Notes: a model not told the origin generated them from the sequence alone. DNA of 30,734 bases from Terriglobales bacterium (GCA_035538255.1 DATLKS010000989.1:1-30734), one strand, 5' to 3'; shown: positions 15,785-26,236, numbered from the stretch's first letter. Numbers and translations are program-made.

Positions 15785-17182
15785 CTTCTGTATCTCAGCG
15801 TTTGTTCGGTCAGCCTGCAAACTCATTCCGGCAAGCAGATACGTTCTTACCAATGCTCGAAGTGGCGCAACGTCGTTGGGCCGGAGTTGGCTGGCCCGTT
15901 GGTAGAAGAGAATTGCCTCCTTGGGCTGGTGATGTTTTTCATAAATGCTTCCCAGCGCCATCTGTGCCTCGTAAAAATCCGGATTGATCTCTATTGCTTG
16001 ACGATAGTGAGCGATGGCTTCGCCATCGTTGTTCAGTTCCTGCAGCGCGCGTCCGAGATACACCTGGGCATAAGCATTGCGCGGCTGAAAAGGCAGAGTT
16101 TTAAGCAGCAGATCGCGGGCGCCGATTGCGTTGCTTTCGTTGAGCTGGATCGCAGCCAGGCCGTTGAGTGCGCTCTGACTTCGTGGATTCTGCTGGAGCA
16201 GTTGACGCAGGTACTTGCCTGCCTCGGCATCGTCGCCCAAGAAAAGGGCAGCAGTGCCCAGTGCCTCCAGAACTTCGTTGTCATCAGGCAGATGCCTGAG
16301 CGCGATCCTGGCTTCTTTTTCGGCTTCGGCGTATTGAGAAAAGGCGAGAGCATCCTGGGCCCTGCGCAGATGAATCCGTGGCTCTCCGTGCCGCTGCACC
16401 GCGAAGCTCAGCGGCACCATTAGCGCAAATGGAACGAGCAGACAAATCAGTCGAAGCGGACGTCGCACGTTGTAACCGGCACGCCGTGTCAGACTCAGCA
16501 GGAGTCCCATGAAGAGGCCGCAAACCAGGCCACCGATGTGCGACGCATTATCAATCCTGGGCAGCAGCCCAATTACCAAGGTGAGCAGAGCTCCTTGCAC
16601 AAGGCTGCGAAGCGTAGACCTGAGAACCTCCTTCGGTAATGGCAAGTGCGCGAACTTGAGCACGCTGACTTCGGCGCCAAGAATTCCCATAATGGCACCT
16701 GATGCCCCTGCTCCAACCACGCCAGGGTTCCAATACAAGCTCGCCAATGAACCTGCTATCGCGCACACCAGGTAGACTCCAACGTATAGATAGGTTCCCA
16801 GGACAGCCTCTGCCAGCGTTCCTAAAACCCACAACGCCCACATGTTCATGATCAGATGAGCTCCCCCGATGTGAACGAACGCCGAAGTGATGATGCGCCA
16901 CCACTGGTTTTGCAGAATGACCTTTTCCCCAGAGTCTGCGCCCCAACGCATGAGCTGATTGACGGTGGGGTTCATGGGTGAGACGTGACCGAGCACCATG
17001 GCCACGAAGACCAGCACGTTGATGGCTATCAGAATGGTCGTTGCCGGAAATCGTTTAATGTAATCGGTGACACTCGGTGGATGGTGCGCCTGTTGCGACT
17101 CGTGGACACTGCATTCGGGGCAGAATGGTTCGCCGTTTGGCGCGGCCTGGAGCTCGCGCCCGCAGTTGGGGCAGTTGGGCAA
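15731..17182 (-). CDS. Rhomboid intramembrane serine protease with N-terminal Zn ribbon and C-terminal TPRs
   Basis: CPNC...CPEC; QWWRIITSAFVHIGGAHLIMNM; catalytic GASG and HIGG; TPR-like helices (AHYRQAIEINPDF, FYQRASQLRPND). Confidence 0.9.
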   Translation of the reverse strand: MPNCPNCGRELQAAPNGEPFCPECSVHESQQAHHPPSVTDYIKRFPATTILIAINVLVFVAMVLGHVSPMNPTVNQLMRWGADSGEKVILQNQWWRIITSAFVHIGGAHLIMNMWALWVLGTLAEAVLGTYLYVGVYLVCAIAGSLASLYWNPGVVGAGASGAIMGILGAEVSVLKFAHLPLPKEVLRSTLRSLVQGALLTLVIGLLPRIDNASHIGGLVCGLFMGLLLSLTRRAGYNVRRPLRLICLLVPFALMVPLSFAVQRHGEPRIHLRRAQDALAFSQYAEAEKEARIALRHLPDDNEVLEALGTAALFLGDDAEAGKYLRQLLQQNPRSQSALNGLAAIQLNESNAIGARDLLLKTLPFQPRNAYAQVYLGRALQELNNDGEAIAHYRQAIEINPDFYEAQMALGSIYEKHHQPKEAILFYQRASQLRPNDVAPLRALVRTYLLAGMSLQADRTNAEIQKREQVTGERLPGTAKSRQ

Positions 17183-17222
17183 TGATTTTCCTTGAATCCT
17201 GTGCGGCTCAAAAACAAGTAGC

Positions 17223-17365
17223 CGTCAGGCTCAGCATTCAGCACTCAGCCACGTACCGGCATGGGCGCATATGAGTTTTAGGACGCCAAACGTCCGACTC
17301 CAGAGCTTGCAGGAACTCCCTAAGCTGGTTGCTGGCAGAATGCTGAGTGCTGACAACTGAGTGCT
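17223..17365. repeat. Inverted heptamer-array element
   Basis: CGTCAGG CTCAGCA TTCAGCA CTCAGCC ... GAATGCT GAGTGCT GACAACT GAGTGCT, around an 87-nt spacer. Confidence 0.75.
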
Positions 17366-17406
17366 TCTCCAGCGGCCATCATAGTCCAAGCCCTTACTCG
17401 ACCCGC

Positions 17407-17435
17407 ATGACAGCAAGCGAGTGACCTCTTAGAAT
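17407..17435 (+). promoter_or_regulatory. Sigma-70 promoter of purH
   Basis: ATGACA-N17-TAGAAT. Confidence 0.65.
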
Positions 17436-17468
17436 CGACTTATCCCATCCTTCCGAGGAACCGTCGCC

Positions 17469-19070
17469 TTGCCACAGACTGAAGCTCTTGAAATGCCTTC
17501 CAAAGCAGCTAGCGAAGAAATCAAGCCTGTAGGTCGCGCTATTCTCAGCGTGACAGACAAGACAGGTGTCGCAGAGTTCGCTCGCGAGCTGGAAAAACTC
17601 AGCGTGGAACTGGTTTCGACCGGCGGCACGGCCAAGCTCCTGCGCGAGGCGGGCATTCGTGTAAAGGACATTTCCGAGCTGACTGGTTTCCCCGAGATGC
17701 TCGATGGCCGGGTAAAGACACTACATCCAAAAGTCCACGGCGGCATTCTGTACATTCGCAACAACGACGCTCACCGGCGTGCGGTGCGCGAACACGAGAT
17801 CGCGGCGATCGACATGGTGGTCGTTAACCTCTATGCATTTGAAAAAAACGCCGCGCGTCCTGGCGTGACCTTTGAAGAGCTGATTGAAAACATCGATATT
17901 GGTGGCCCTTCGATGCTGCGCTCGGCGGCGAAGAATTTCCAGGATGTCGCGGTGGTCACTTCGCCGATTGACTATCAGGAGATCATTGCCGAGCTGAAGA
18001 GATCGGGCGGATTGTTACTTCAAACCAAATGGAAGCTGGCAAAGAAAGCCTTCGCCGCGACAGCGGCGTACGATGCAGCGATTTCTTCAGCCCTGGAGCG
18101 AATTAGTGATCCCGGAGATCTAGCTGCAGCCAAGAAAGCGTTCCCTACTCAACTACAACTCTCGTTCCGCAAGCTCGCTGATCTACGCTATGGCGAGAAT
18201 CCGCACCAAAAAGCCGCCGTGTATTCAGATGGCACCAGTTCGGGGATCGCCAATGCTCGCCAGCTTCAGGGTAAAGAGCTGTCCTACAACAACCTCGTCG
18301 ATCTTGATGCTGCGTGGGAACTTTGCCGCGAATTCGAAGAGCCGATGTGCGCGATTATCAAGCACACGAACCCATGCGGAGCAGCCACTGGCGTGGACCT
18401 CGCAACTGCCTACGTTCGCGCTCTAGAAGCTGATCCGGTATCTGCTTTCGGTGGGGTAATAGGCGTGAATAGAGAAATCGACGAAGCTGCTGCGGAAGAG
18501 ATCGCGAAGCTCTTTGTCGAAGCCATTGCCGCGCCTGGCTATTCGCAGGCGGTTCTTACACGCTTTGCGGCGAAGAAGAATCTCCGGCTGCTGCAGGTAC
18601 AGCCTGCGCAGCAGGCCGCAGTGCTGAAGCAGGTCTCAGGCGGGGTGCTACTGCAAGATGCCGACGTTCATCGGCTCTCCCGCGCTGATCTCAAGGTCGT
18701 GACGAAGCGATCTCCTACCGATGACGAACTGGCCGCCTTACTGTTTGCATGGAAGGTGTGTAAACACGTGAAGTCGAACGCGATCGTCTATGCCCGCAAT
18801 GGGCAAACAGTCGGTGTGGGTGCCGGCCAGATGAGTCGCGTGGACTCCTGCAAGATCGGCGCTGCCAAGGCGGTTCTACCTCTGACCGGAACGGCCGCCG
18901 CCTCTGATGCCTTCTTCCCGTTTCCCGACGGCGTCGAAGAGATCGCCCGGGCAGGTGCAACCGCTGTAATCCAACCAGGTGGGTCGGTCCGCGATAATGA
19001 AGTAATCGAAGCAGCCGACCGTCTTGGTTTAGCGATGGTGTTTACTGGAGTACGACACTTCCGTCACTAA
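17469..19070 (+). CDS. purH: Bifunctional AICAR transformylase/IMP cyclohydrolase
   Basis: [69 protein letters not shown]. Start may be ATG 17493. Confidence 0.98.
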   Translation: MPQTEALEMPSKAASEEIKPVGRAILSVTDKTGVAEFARELEKLSVELVSTGGTAKLLREAGIRVKDISELTGFPEMLDGRVKTLHPKVHGGILYIRNNDAHRRAVREHEIAAIDMVVVNLYAFEKNAARPGVTFEELIENIDIGGPSMLRSAAKNFQDVAVVTSPIDYQEIIAELKRSGGLLLQTKWKLAKKAFAATAAYDAAISSALERISDPGDLAAAKKAFPTQLQLSFRKLADLRYGENPHQKAAVYSDGTSSGIANARQLQGKELSYNNLVDLDAAWELCREFEEPMCAIIKHTNPCGAATGVDLATAYVRALEADPVSAFGGVIGVNREIDEAAAEEIAKLFVEAIAAPGYSQAVLTRFAAKKNLRLLQVQPAQQAAVLKQVSGGVLLQDADVHRLSRADLKVVTKRSPTDDELAALLFAWKVCKHVKSNAIVYARNGQTVGVGAGQMSRVDSCKIGAAKAVLPLTGTAAASDAFFPFPDGVEEIARAGATAVIQPGGSVRDNEVIEAADRLGLAMVFTGVRHFRH

Positions 19071-19239
19071 AGCTTGCGTCTTATCGGGCGCATCAGGCGT
19101 ACAATTTAGGTAAGGTTTTGGCTGGGCTTAGCCGGACGTCGCGGGTTAGCAGCTCTGCATCGAAATAGTGCAGCTGCGAACTTGGGCAGTTGCGCATCCA
19201 ATATTTCGGGAGTGGAGTTTCTCGTTTTAATTAACCCTC

Positions 19240-21435
19240 ATGACTAGTACCGGTGTACGTCTGTCTTTCTTTGTTCTTCTTGGTTCGTTACTTAGCTTTA
19301 GCCAAGCTCCCGCGAATCAGAATCCCAGTCCAGCAACCCCTGCCGCTCCTGCTGCGCAAAGCCCCGATAAGGCGCCTGGCAATCAGAACCAGCTGCCGGA
19401 TACTCTAGCCCCTCCTGCAAAGAAGGGACAGCAGGCTCAGCCGTCGGCTAGCAAGCCTGCAACGGACAGCACACCTCCTGCGCAGCGTGATCGTGCGCAG
19501 GCCTACTACCACTATGCTCTCGCGCATATGTACGAGGAGATGGTGTCCGTCTATGGGCATTCGGAATACGCGAGCAAAGCCATCGACGAGTACAAGCTTG
19601 CGCTGCAAAACGATCCAGGATCAGAAGAGCTCAATGCCGGACTTGCCGAGCTCTACTTCAAAACCGGCCACATCCGCGATGCAGTAACCGAGTCACAGGA
19701 GATCATCAAGCGCGATCCTAACAATCTGGACGCGCGCAAGTTGCTCGGCAGGATCTATCTGCGGTCGCTCGGAGACATGCAGGGCGGAACGCAGTCATCC
19801 GAAATCCTGAAACTGGCTATTGACCAATTCAGCCAGATCGTACGTCTCGAACCAGACAACATCGACGACCACCTGCTGCTCGGACGCCTCTACATCATCG
19901 ACAAGGACTATGTAAAAGCTGAAGGCGAATTCAAGTCTGCGCGGAGAATACAGCCGGACTCCGAAGAGGCGATTATCAATCTTGCATATCTCTATAACGA
20001 GGAGGGAGATAACAAGAAAGCCGTCGATATCCTGCAGTCTCTTCCTGATGCTCAGCGCAGCGGCAAACTCTACGCGGTACTCGGATACACCTTCGAACAG
20101 CAAAAAGATTACAAGCAGGCAATCGGTTCCTATAAGCGCGCAATCGAGATAGACAAAGACAATCTGGACGCGCAACGCGGACTGGCGAATAGTCTGCTTG
20201 GCGATAATCAGATCGATGCCGCCCTGGAACAGTACAAGCAGGTTGCCGATTCCGATCCTCAGGATGCGCAGGCATATCTGCGCATGAGCGAGATCTATCG
20301 GCGTGAGGGCAAGTACAACGAGGCGATGGCGACTCTCAAGAAAGCCGATTCGCTCGTGCAGGATTCTCTCGAAGTGCCTTACAACGAGGCGCTCATCGAT
20401 GAAGCTCAAGGAAAGTTCGATGAGGCAATTCAGCTTCTGCAGGACCTGATCACAAAGAACCAGAAACCTGCCGCCAACTATAGCAACAGCGAGCGCAATA
20501 ATCGTTCGGTATTTCTTGAGCGGCTCGGATCGATCTACCGCGAGACCGGGCGGCATCAACAGGCGATCGACACTTTCCGCAGGATGATGGAACTTGGCGA
20601 CGAGAGCGCAAAGCGCGGCTACAGCCAGATTATCGATACGTATCGCGATCAGAAGCAGTGGAATCAAGCCGTAGCTGCTGCAGAAGAGGCGGTGAAGGCC
20701 CTTCCCAAAGAGAACGACATGCGTCTCGTTCTCGCCGGGCAGCTTGCTGACAACGGCAAAGCCGATGAAGGCATTGCCATGGCTAAGGCTCAATTAAAAG
20801 GCGGGCCGGAAGATCGTGACGTTTATCTGGCGCTTTCGCAAATCTACGGCAGGCTCCGTCGTTGGCCGGAGGCGGATGAGGCTCTGAACAAAGCCGGCGC
20901 CCTCTCGACCAAGCCGGAAGACAAGAAATACGATTACTTCCTGCGTGGCTCCTATCTCGAGCGCCAGAAAAGGTATGAGGCCGCAGAAGAGATGTTCCGC
21001 AAAGTCCTAGCGGCTGATCCGCGCGATGCCGGCGCCCTGAATTATCTCGGCTATATGTTTGCCGATCGCGGCGTTCGTTTGGACGAAGCTCTCAACCTGA
21101 TCAAGCGCGCAGTCCAGGAAGAGCCGCAGAACTATGCCTATCTCGATTCTCTCGGCTGGGCCTATTTCAAGCTTGGCAACTACGACATGGCTGAAGAGAC
21201 ATTGCGCAGAGCGATGGATCACAATAGCAGCGATCCCACCGTCCACGATCACATGGGCGAGGTCTATGCCAAAACGGGACGTCTAAAACTGGCCGTCGCC
21301 CAATGGGAGCGCGCTCTGGAGGAATGGAACCGATCTCTTCCGGCCGATATCGAGACTAATGACGTCGCCCGTGTTCAGAAGCAGCTTGAAAGCACAAAGG
21401 TGAAGCTGGCAAAACAGGAGGGCGGCAAGGATTAG
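19240..21435 (+). CDS. Exported tetratricopeptide-repeat protein
   Basis: Signal peptide, P/A/Q linker, many TPRs; C-terminal ALNYLGYMFADRG...YLDSLGWAYFKLG...DHMGEVY motif. Confidence 0.9.
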   Translation: MTSTGVRLSFFVLLGSLLSFSQAPANQNPSPATPAAPAAQSPDKAPGNQNQLPDTLAPPAKKGQQAQPSASKPATDSTPPAQRDRAQAYYHYALAHMYEEMVSVYGHSEYASKAIDEYKLALQNDPGSEELNAGLAELYFKTGHIRDAVTESQEIIKRDPNNLDARKLLGRIYLRSLGDMQGGTQSSEILKLAIDQFSQIVRLEPDNIDDHLLLGRLYIIDKDYVKAEGEFKSARRIQPDSEEAIINLAYLYNEEGDNKKAVDILQSLPDAQRSGKLYAVLGYTFEQQKDYKQAIGSYKRAIEIDKDNLDAQRGLANSLLGDNQIDAALEQYKQVADSDPQDAQAYLRMSEIYRREGKYNEAMATLKKADSLVQDSLEVPYNEALIDEAQGKFDEAIQLLQDLITKNQKPAANYSNSERNNRSVFLERLGSIYRETGRHQQAIDTFRRMMELGDESAKRGYSQIIDTYRDQKQWNQAVAAAEEAVKALPKENDMRLVLAGQLADNGKADEGIAMAKAQLKGGPEDRDVYLALSQIYGRLRRWPEADEALNKAGALSTKPEDKKYDYFLRGSYLERQKRYEAAEEMFRKVLAADPRDAGALNYLGYMFADRGVRLDEALNLIKRAVQEEPQNYAYLDSLGWAYFKLGNYDMAEETLRRAMDHNSSDPTVHDHMGEVYAKTGRLKLAVAQWERALEEWNRSLPADIETNDVARVQKQLESTKVKLAKQEGGKD

Positions 21436-21458
21436 CTGCTCATTCTAAGTGTGAATTG

Positions 21459-21489
21459 AAGCCCGGCTGCGAGCTGGGCTTTTGTTTTT
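21459..21489 (+). terminator. Intrinsic terminator
   Basis: AAGCCCGGC-tgcga-GCTGGGCTT followed by TTGTTTTT. Confidence 0.8.
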
Positions 21490-21606
21490 CGAAGCAACGA
21501 AAGCCGCAGGAAATCGCGCCTTGCGGGCTCAATCGTTCCACTACCGGATCCGCGGCTGAGGGCACTGGCTGCAGGAATGACGCTCCTCTGGCGCTGGGAT
21601 CAAGCC

Positions 21607-23076
21607 TCATTCGTAGTTCCTGGCCATTCCTACAGCTCTGAGCAGGGCCTTGGCTTTGTTCAGACACTCCTGATACTCCATTTCGGGATTGGAGTCGGCG
21701 ACTATGCCTGCTCCTGCCTGGACATACGCACGGCGGCCTTGCACCCACATAGTCCGGATGGCGATACAGGAATCGAGATTTCCCGCAAAATCCGCGTAAA
21801 GGACCGCACCGCCGTAAATACCACGCCGAACTGGTTCGAGTTCATCGATGATCTCCATGGCTCGCACCTTTGGCGCGCCGGAGAGCGTGCCTGCCGGGAA
21901 TGCTGCCGCGAATGCGTCGATAGCGTGGGCATCAGAGCGCAGCTTGCTTTCGATCGCCGACACCAGGTGCATCACATGCGAGTAGCGCTCGACGAACATG
22001 AAATCCTTCACCTGTACTGAGCCGTACTCGCTCACGCGTCCTAAATCGTTGCGCCCTAGATCGACTAGCATTACGTGCTCGGCGCGCTCTTTCTCGTCTT
22101 CGCGCAGTTCCTGCTCCCATCGTCGATCTTCATCCGGATCGGCGCTCCGAGGCCGTGTTCCCGCAATCGGACGATATTCCAGCTTGCGTCCAGTCACGCG
22201 AACCAGCATCTCCGGCGAAGAGCCAAGCACCTGGAACCTGCGAGTCTGAAGAAAATACAGATAAGGCGAAGGATTGATCATGCGCAGCGCGCGGTAAATT
22301 TCGAACGGAGGAACCCCCGGCTCCAGTTCCATGCGCTGCGACAGCACAATTTGAAACGCGTCTCCTGCGCGAATGTATTCTTTAGCTTTGAGAATGCTCT
22401 TAAGGAAGGCGCTCCGGCCGGTGGTCTCCTTCAGCCTGTAGTTTTCTTTGCGGGGACGCACTCGCGTGCGCGCGACGCCGCGTGCCAGCTTGCGTTCCAA
22501 AGCAGAAATGTCACGCTGTGCGCGTTCGTAGGCCAGCTTGGGTGAAGTGTCGCGAACATGGGCAACAGCAATGATGTGAATCTGCTTTCGCAAGTGGTCG
22601 AAGGCGAGCGCACGATCGAAGAACATCAGGAAGCAATCGGGAACCTTGAGGTCGTCGCGTGCTTTATCGGGCAATTCCTCGAGCTGGCGGACTGCATCGT
22701 AGGCGACGAAACCCACCGCTCCACAAGTAAAAGGCGGAAGATCGGGTAGTGTGGCTACACGGTGCGCTCGCAGAAGATCGGCAATAGCCTCGAAGAGCTT
22801 GCCTTGGCGGCGTTCTACGCTGCGGCCGCGGCGCACGGTGATCTCGTCGCCACGGTTCTCCAGCACCATGTAGGGACGCACCCCGAGAAACGTGTAGCGT
22901 CCGATGCGTTCGCCGCCTTCGACGGATTCGAGTAGGAATGCTTCCTGCTCCCCGGAGGAAATGTTGAGAAACGCTGAAACCGGGGTGAGCAGATCGGCCA
23001 TGACGGTCTTCACCACCGGCACGAGAGTGGCCGTAGGTGCTAAGTCTTCGAATTCTTTGAGCGGGGGACGCAGCAT
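21607..23076 (-). CDS. trpE: Anthranilate synthase component I
   Basis: DLLTPVSAF, FLLESVEGGERIGRY, GDAFQIVLSQR, NPSPY, GSSPE, PIAGTRPR, AEHVMLVDLGRND, FPAGTLSGAPK, IAIRT, QAGAGIVADS. Confidence 0.95.
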   Translation of the reverse strand: MLRPPLKEFEDLAPTATLVPVVKTVMADLLTPVSAFLNISSGEQEAFLLESVEGGERIGRYTFLGVRPYMVLENRGDEITVRRGRSVERRQGKLFEAIADLLRAHRVATLPDLPPFTCGAVGFVAYDAVRQLEELPDKARDDLKVPDCFLMFFDRALAFDHLRKQIHIIAVAHVRDTSPKLAYERAQRDISALERKLARGVARTRVRPRKENYRLKETTGRSAFLKSILKAKEYIRAGDAFQIVLSQRMELEPGVPPFEIYRALRMINPSPYLYFLQTRRFQVLGSSPEMLVRVTGRKLEYRPIAGTRPRSADPDEDRRWEQELREDEKERAEHVMLVDLGRNDLGRVSEYGSVQVKDFMFVERYSHVMHLVSAIESKLRSDAHAIDAFAAAFPAGTLSGAPKVRAMEIIDELEPVRRGIYGGAVLYADFAGNLDSCIAIRTMWVQGRRAYVQAGAGIVADSNPEMEYQECLNKAKALLRAVGMARNYE

Positions 23077-23099
23077 TGGAAAGGAACGGAAGAAACGAG

Positions 23100-23105
23100 A
23101 TTATA
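23100..23105 (-). promoter_or_regulatory. -10 box for trpE
   Basis: Perfect TATAAT 23 nt upstream of ATG; no room for an attenuator leader. Confidence 0.5.
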
Positions 23106-23193
23106 CGTGCTGGTTTGAAAATGTGACTGACGTAATCTTGTCCGTGGCAAGGTGTTGCGTAAAATGCCTTGGGGCGAATTAAGCCCCTGTCCC

Positions 23194-23403
23194 GTGACTT
23201 CTCACATCGAAGAACAAATCGGACCGCTGATCGCCGCTGCCGGAGTTGGCTGGGCTGTGTATCACGGGACGTATGTGGCCCATGACATAGCCCAAGGCTT
23301 CACGTCTGTCTATCTGTAGTCAGGACCGCTGGAGGTCTGCGCTCTCGGCATTCTCTTGTGGCTGCATGGGAAGTGGCGCCGAACGACTAATATGAACCGC
23401 TGA
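23194..23403 (+). pseudogene. Small two-TM membrane protein gene interrupted by an in-frame TAG (23317-23319)
   Basis: VTSHIEEQIGPLIAAAGVGWAVYHGTYVAHDIAQGFTSVYL-TAG-SGPLEVCALGILLWLHGKWRRTTNMNR-TGA. Same frame and protein-like on both sides of the TAG; fills an otherwise empty gap. Confidence 0.6.
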
Positions 23404-23477
23404 ACAGCCCCGACCTTCCTCATTCCAGCGACGAGGGTACTCACAATTGAAAGATCATCCGAATCTGTAGCCAACAA

Positions 23478-24647
23478 TCACGTTGCGCGCTGCTGCCCTC
23501 GCGATTCGTCCAGTGTGACACTGATGCTGAGCCGCTGCTTACCGCGATAGACGACTACTTTCACAGTATCTCCGGCATGATGGTTATCGAGCACGTTGCC
23601 GATGTCCTGCGGTGTTTCGATCTCTTGATCGTCGATTTGCACGATCAGGTCGCCGCCGATGTAGATGGGAGTGTTGCCAAGATACGCGCGCTCGCGGCCG
23701 CCGCGCAGCCCAGCCCGATCGGCAGCGCCACCCGGAACTACATGCTGGATTAGCACGCCGGCGTCGGCGGCGAGCCCCATTTGGTCCGCAAGTTCCGGTC
23801 CGATCGGGAGCAGACCGGCGATGCCGAGGCTTGGCCGGCGGACTCGGCCGAACTGCACCAGATCGTTAAGCACAGCCTTGGCGGAATTTATAGGAATTGC
23901 GAAGCCGACTCCTGCACTCTGTTCCGCGCCGCCTGTAAGAATCATGCTGTTGATTCCGATTACTTCGCCGTGCGAGTTCAGCAATGGACCGCCGGAGTTA
24001 CCGGGATTGATTGCTGCATCGGTTTGGATAGCCTGATCTATCCCGTTCCCTTCCGGCCCGCGGACTGACCGAATCGAGCTGATGATGCCCCGTGTCATGG
24101 TGCCGCTAAGCCCGAAGGGATTGCCAATTGCGTACACCTTCTGACCAACTTCCAAGCTCTTCGAATCCCCGAGAGTGGCAGAGGAGAGGTTCTTTGCGGG
24201 AATTTGAATCACGGCGAGATCTTTCTGCCGATCTGCGCCGATTACATCCGCGCGATACTTCTTTTTGTTCCACAGCGTTACCTCAACCTGTCTTGCGTCG
24301 GCAATTACGTGATAGTTGGTGAGAATGTGACCCTCGGCGTCGATGATGAATCCCGACCCTTGCCCCTGCTGGGGAAAGGCGCCATAAAAGAAATCGAACG
24401 CTACTGCGGTTGAAGTGATATTCACCACCGTCGGGATCACTTTGCGGTAGACGGTGATGTTGTTCTGCTCTTCGGGATCGAGCGCGGCCGGAGCAGCAGC
24501 CTCTGTGATTTCGATCTTCGAGGGATGCAAACTGCCGCGATCATCACTGAAAGGTATGTGAAACCCACCACCACGGCCGTGAGTCGTGACGATGTAGAAG
24601 CCGAGTACGAGAAAGATAGAAAAGATCAGAGGACGGACTGTCTTCAT
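23478..24647 (-). CDS. HtrA/DegP-like S1C serine protease with PDZ domain
   Basis: GQGSGFII, ILTNYHV, DLAVI, AIGNPFG, IQTDAAINPGNSGGPL, GGAADRAGL, GDLIV; N-terminal anchor. Confidence 0.93.
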   Translation of the reverse strand: MKTVRPLIFSIFLVLGFYIVTTHGRGGGFHIPFSDDRGSLHPSKIEITEAAAPAALDPEEQNNITVYRKVIPTVVNITSTAVAFDFFYGAFPQQGQGSGFIIDAEGHILTNYHVIADARQVEVTLWNKKKYRADVIGADRQKDLAVIQIPAKNLSSATLGDSKSLEVGQKVYAIGNPFGLSGTMTRGIISSIRSVRGPEGNGIDQAIQTDAAINPGNSGGPLLNSHGEVIGINSMILTGGAEQSAGVGFAIPINSAKAVLNDLVQFGRVRRPSLGIAGLLPIGPELADQMGLAADAGVLIQHVVPGGAADRAGLRGGRERAYLGNTPIYIGGDLIVQIDDQEIETPQDIGNVLDNHHAGDTVKVVVYRGKQRLSISVTLDESRGQQRAT

Positions 24648-24653
24648 ACCAAT

Positions 24654-25316
24654 TCACGAGCGTGACGCGCTTTGCCGCGCACGCGCCAACACCTGGAGTT
24701 CTTTAAATATTGTATTTACCTGGCGTTCGGTTTCGCCGAGTGATCCGGAGTTGTCGATCACATAGTCGGCAGCGGCTAGCTTTTCTGCATCGGAGAGTTG
24801 TACTCCGATCCGCCTTTCTGCCTCGCGCAGAGCTTTGGTCAATTCCAGTTCTTGAGAAACGTCAGGACCCAACACTCGACTCGCAAATCGCTCTCTCTTC
24901 TGCTGGGGATTGCTGTTGACAACAATCAGTTTGTCGAAATATTTCCCCAAGCCGGCTTCAAGAATTAGCGCTGCCTCAAAAATCAGAATACCGAGGGGAT
25001 CGAACTCGATCGTCTCTTGTATCCATTGCTGCATGCGCGCGGCCACTGCCGGATGCACGATGCGGTTCAGTTCCTCAGCACGACCGTCCGCAAATGCGAG
25101 TTCCGCAAGCTTGGCACGATTGAGACCTCGATCAGAGTTAACGATGGAATCACCGAAATGGGCGACGATCTCGTCGTACGTGGGCTGGCCTGGCCTCATC
25201 AGCTCACGACCAACTTCGTCGGCGTAAAGCACATAAGCGCCGCGTGCGGCAAACATCTGCGCCACCACTGTTTTTCCACTGGCCAGTCCGCCAGTAAGGC
25301 CAACTCGCAGGCTCAT
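24654..25316 (-). CDS. coaE: Dephospho-CoA kinase
   Basis: VGLTGGLASGKT P-loop, LNRAKLA, LNRIVHP, ADYVIDNSG; ATGA overlap with folD. Confidence 0.93.
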   Translation of the reverse strand: MSLRVGLTGGLASGKTVVAQMFAARGAYVLYADEVGRELMRPGQPTYDEIVAHFGDSIVNSDRGLNRAKLAELAFADGRAEELNRIVHPAVAARMQQWIQETIEFDPLGILIFEAALILEAGLGKYFDKLIVVNSNPQQKRERFASRVLGPDVSQELELTKALREAERRIGVQLSDAEKLAAADYVIDNSGSLGETERQVNTIFKELQVLARARQSASRS

Positions 25317-26236
25317 TGCACCGCCAACCCGCGGCGCATTCGGGCAGCTTTCACGGTGTTTGACATGAGCATAGCGATGGTAAGTGGCCCAACGCCTCCC
25401 GGAACCGGCGTTATTGCCCCCGCGACTTCAGCGACGCCCGGATGAACATCGCCAATTAGCGTCGATCCCTTGGCTGCAAACTCCTCTTGACGCTTAGCAT
25501 CGTGTCCAAAGTATTGCTGGATTTTCTGCTTGTCCATTACTCGGTTGATACCTACATCGACTACCGCTGCACCAGGTTTCACCATCTCGGGTGTGATTAC
25601 GGCGGCCTTGCCGATCGCGGCGACAAGAATGTCAGCAGAACGCGTGTACGCGGGTAGGTCAACCGTGCGGCTGTGACACACCGTGACCGTCGCGTTGCTA
25701 TTGATGAGCATCATCGCGATAGGCTTGCCAACGATGTCGCTGCGGCCGAGGACGACCGCCGAGCGTCCAGCGATCTCGATATCACACCGTTTGAGAATCT
25801 CCATGATTCCTGCGGGCGTGCAAGGAGTCAGCCCTAAGCGCTGAGTCGAAAGATATCCGACATTTACCGGATGAAACCCATCGACATCCTTTTCCGGGGA
25901 AACGGCAAGCAGAACCCGCTTTGAGTCTACCTGTGGTGGCAATGGAAGCTGTACCAGGATGCCATCGATGTCATCTCGTCGATTAAGTTCAGTAACGATG
26001 CCAACCATCTCATCGGTAGTAATGGAGTCCGGCGGCGTTAACTGTTCGCTGTAGATGCCCAGTTGCTCGCAAGCCCGGACTTTGCTGCGGACATAAATCT
26101 CGGACGCCGGATTGTTTCCGGCAAGAACCGCGGCTAAGCCCGGCCGAATATTTTGGTTTGCGAGTTCCTTTACCTGCGCCGCTACTTCTTCCTTGATCTG
26201 CGCGGCGATCTTGGCACCGTCGAGAATGATGGGCAA
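25313..26236 (-). CDS. folD: Methylenetetrahydrofolate dehydrogenase/cyclohydrolase
   Basis: ILDG, PGLAAVLAG, DGILVQLPLP, KDVDGFHP, PCTPAG, GRSDIVGKP, TVCHSRT, TPVPGGVGPLTIAML. Confidence 0.97.
   Translation of the reverse strand: MPIILDGAKIAAQIKEEVAAQVKELANQNIRPGLAAVLAGNNPASEIYVRSKVRACEQLGIYSEQLTPPDSITTDEMVGIVTELNRRDDIDGILVQLPLPPQVDSKRVLLAVSPEKDVDGFHPVNVGYLSTQRLGLTPCTPAGIMEILKRCDIEIAGRSAVVLGRSDIVGKPIAMMLINSNATVTVCHSRTVDLPAYTRSADILVAAIGKAAVITPEMVKPGAAVVDVGINRVMDKQKIQQYFGHDAKRQEEFAAKGSTLIGDVHPGVAEVAGAITPVPGGVGPLTIAMLMSNTVKAARMRRGLAVQ

Noticed and set aside
17366-17492. ZTP (pfl) riboswitch expected upstream of purH
   Set aside because: The promoter at 17407-17435 leaves only about 27-50 nt of leader, and no motif was recognised.
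19795-20793. 332-aa antisense ORF, and similar ones at 15734-16423, 27523-28311 and 28987-29844
   Set aside because: Each lies opposite a well-supported gene and shows no recognisable domain.
23077-23160. trp attenuator leader peptide
   Set aside because: No Trp-codon leader ORF or terminator; the -10 box is only 23 nt from the start codon.
23317-23319. Pyrrolysine recoding of the TAG
   Set aside because: No pyl genes in the window and the protein is not a methylamine methyltransferase; nonsense mutation or error is more parsimonious.
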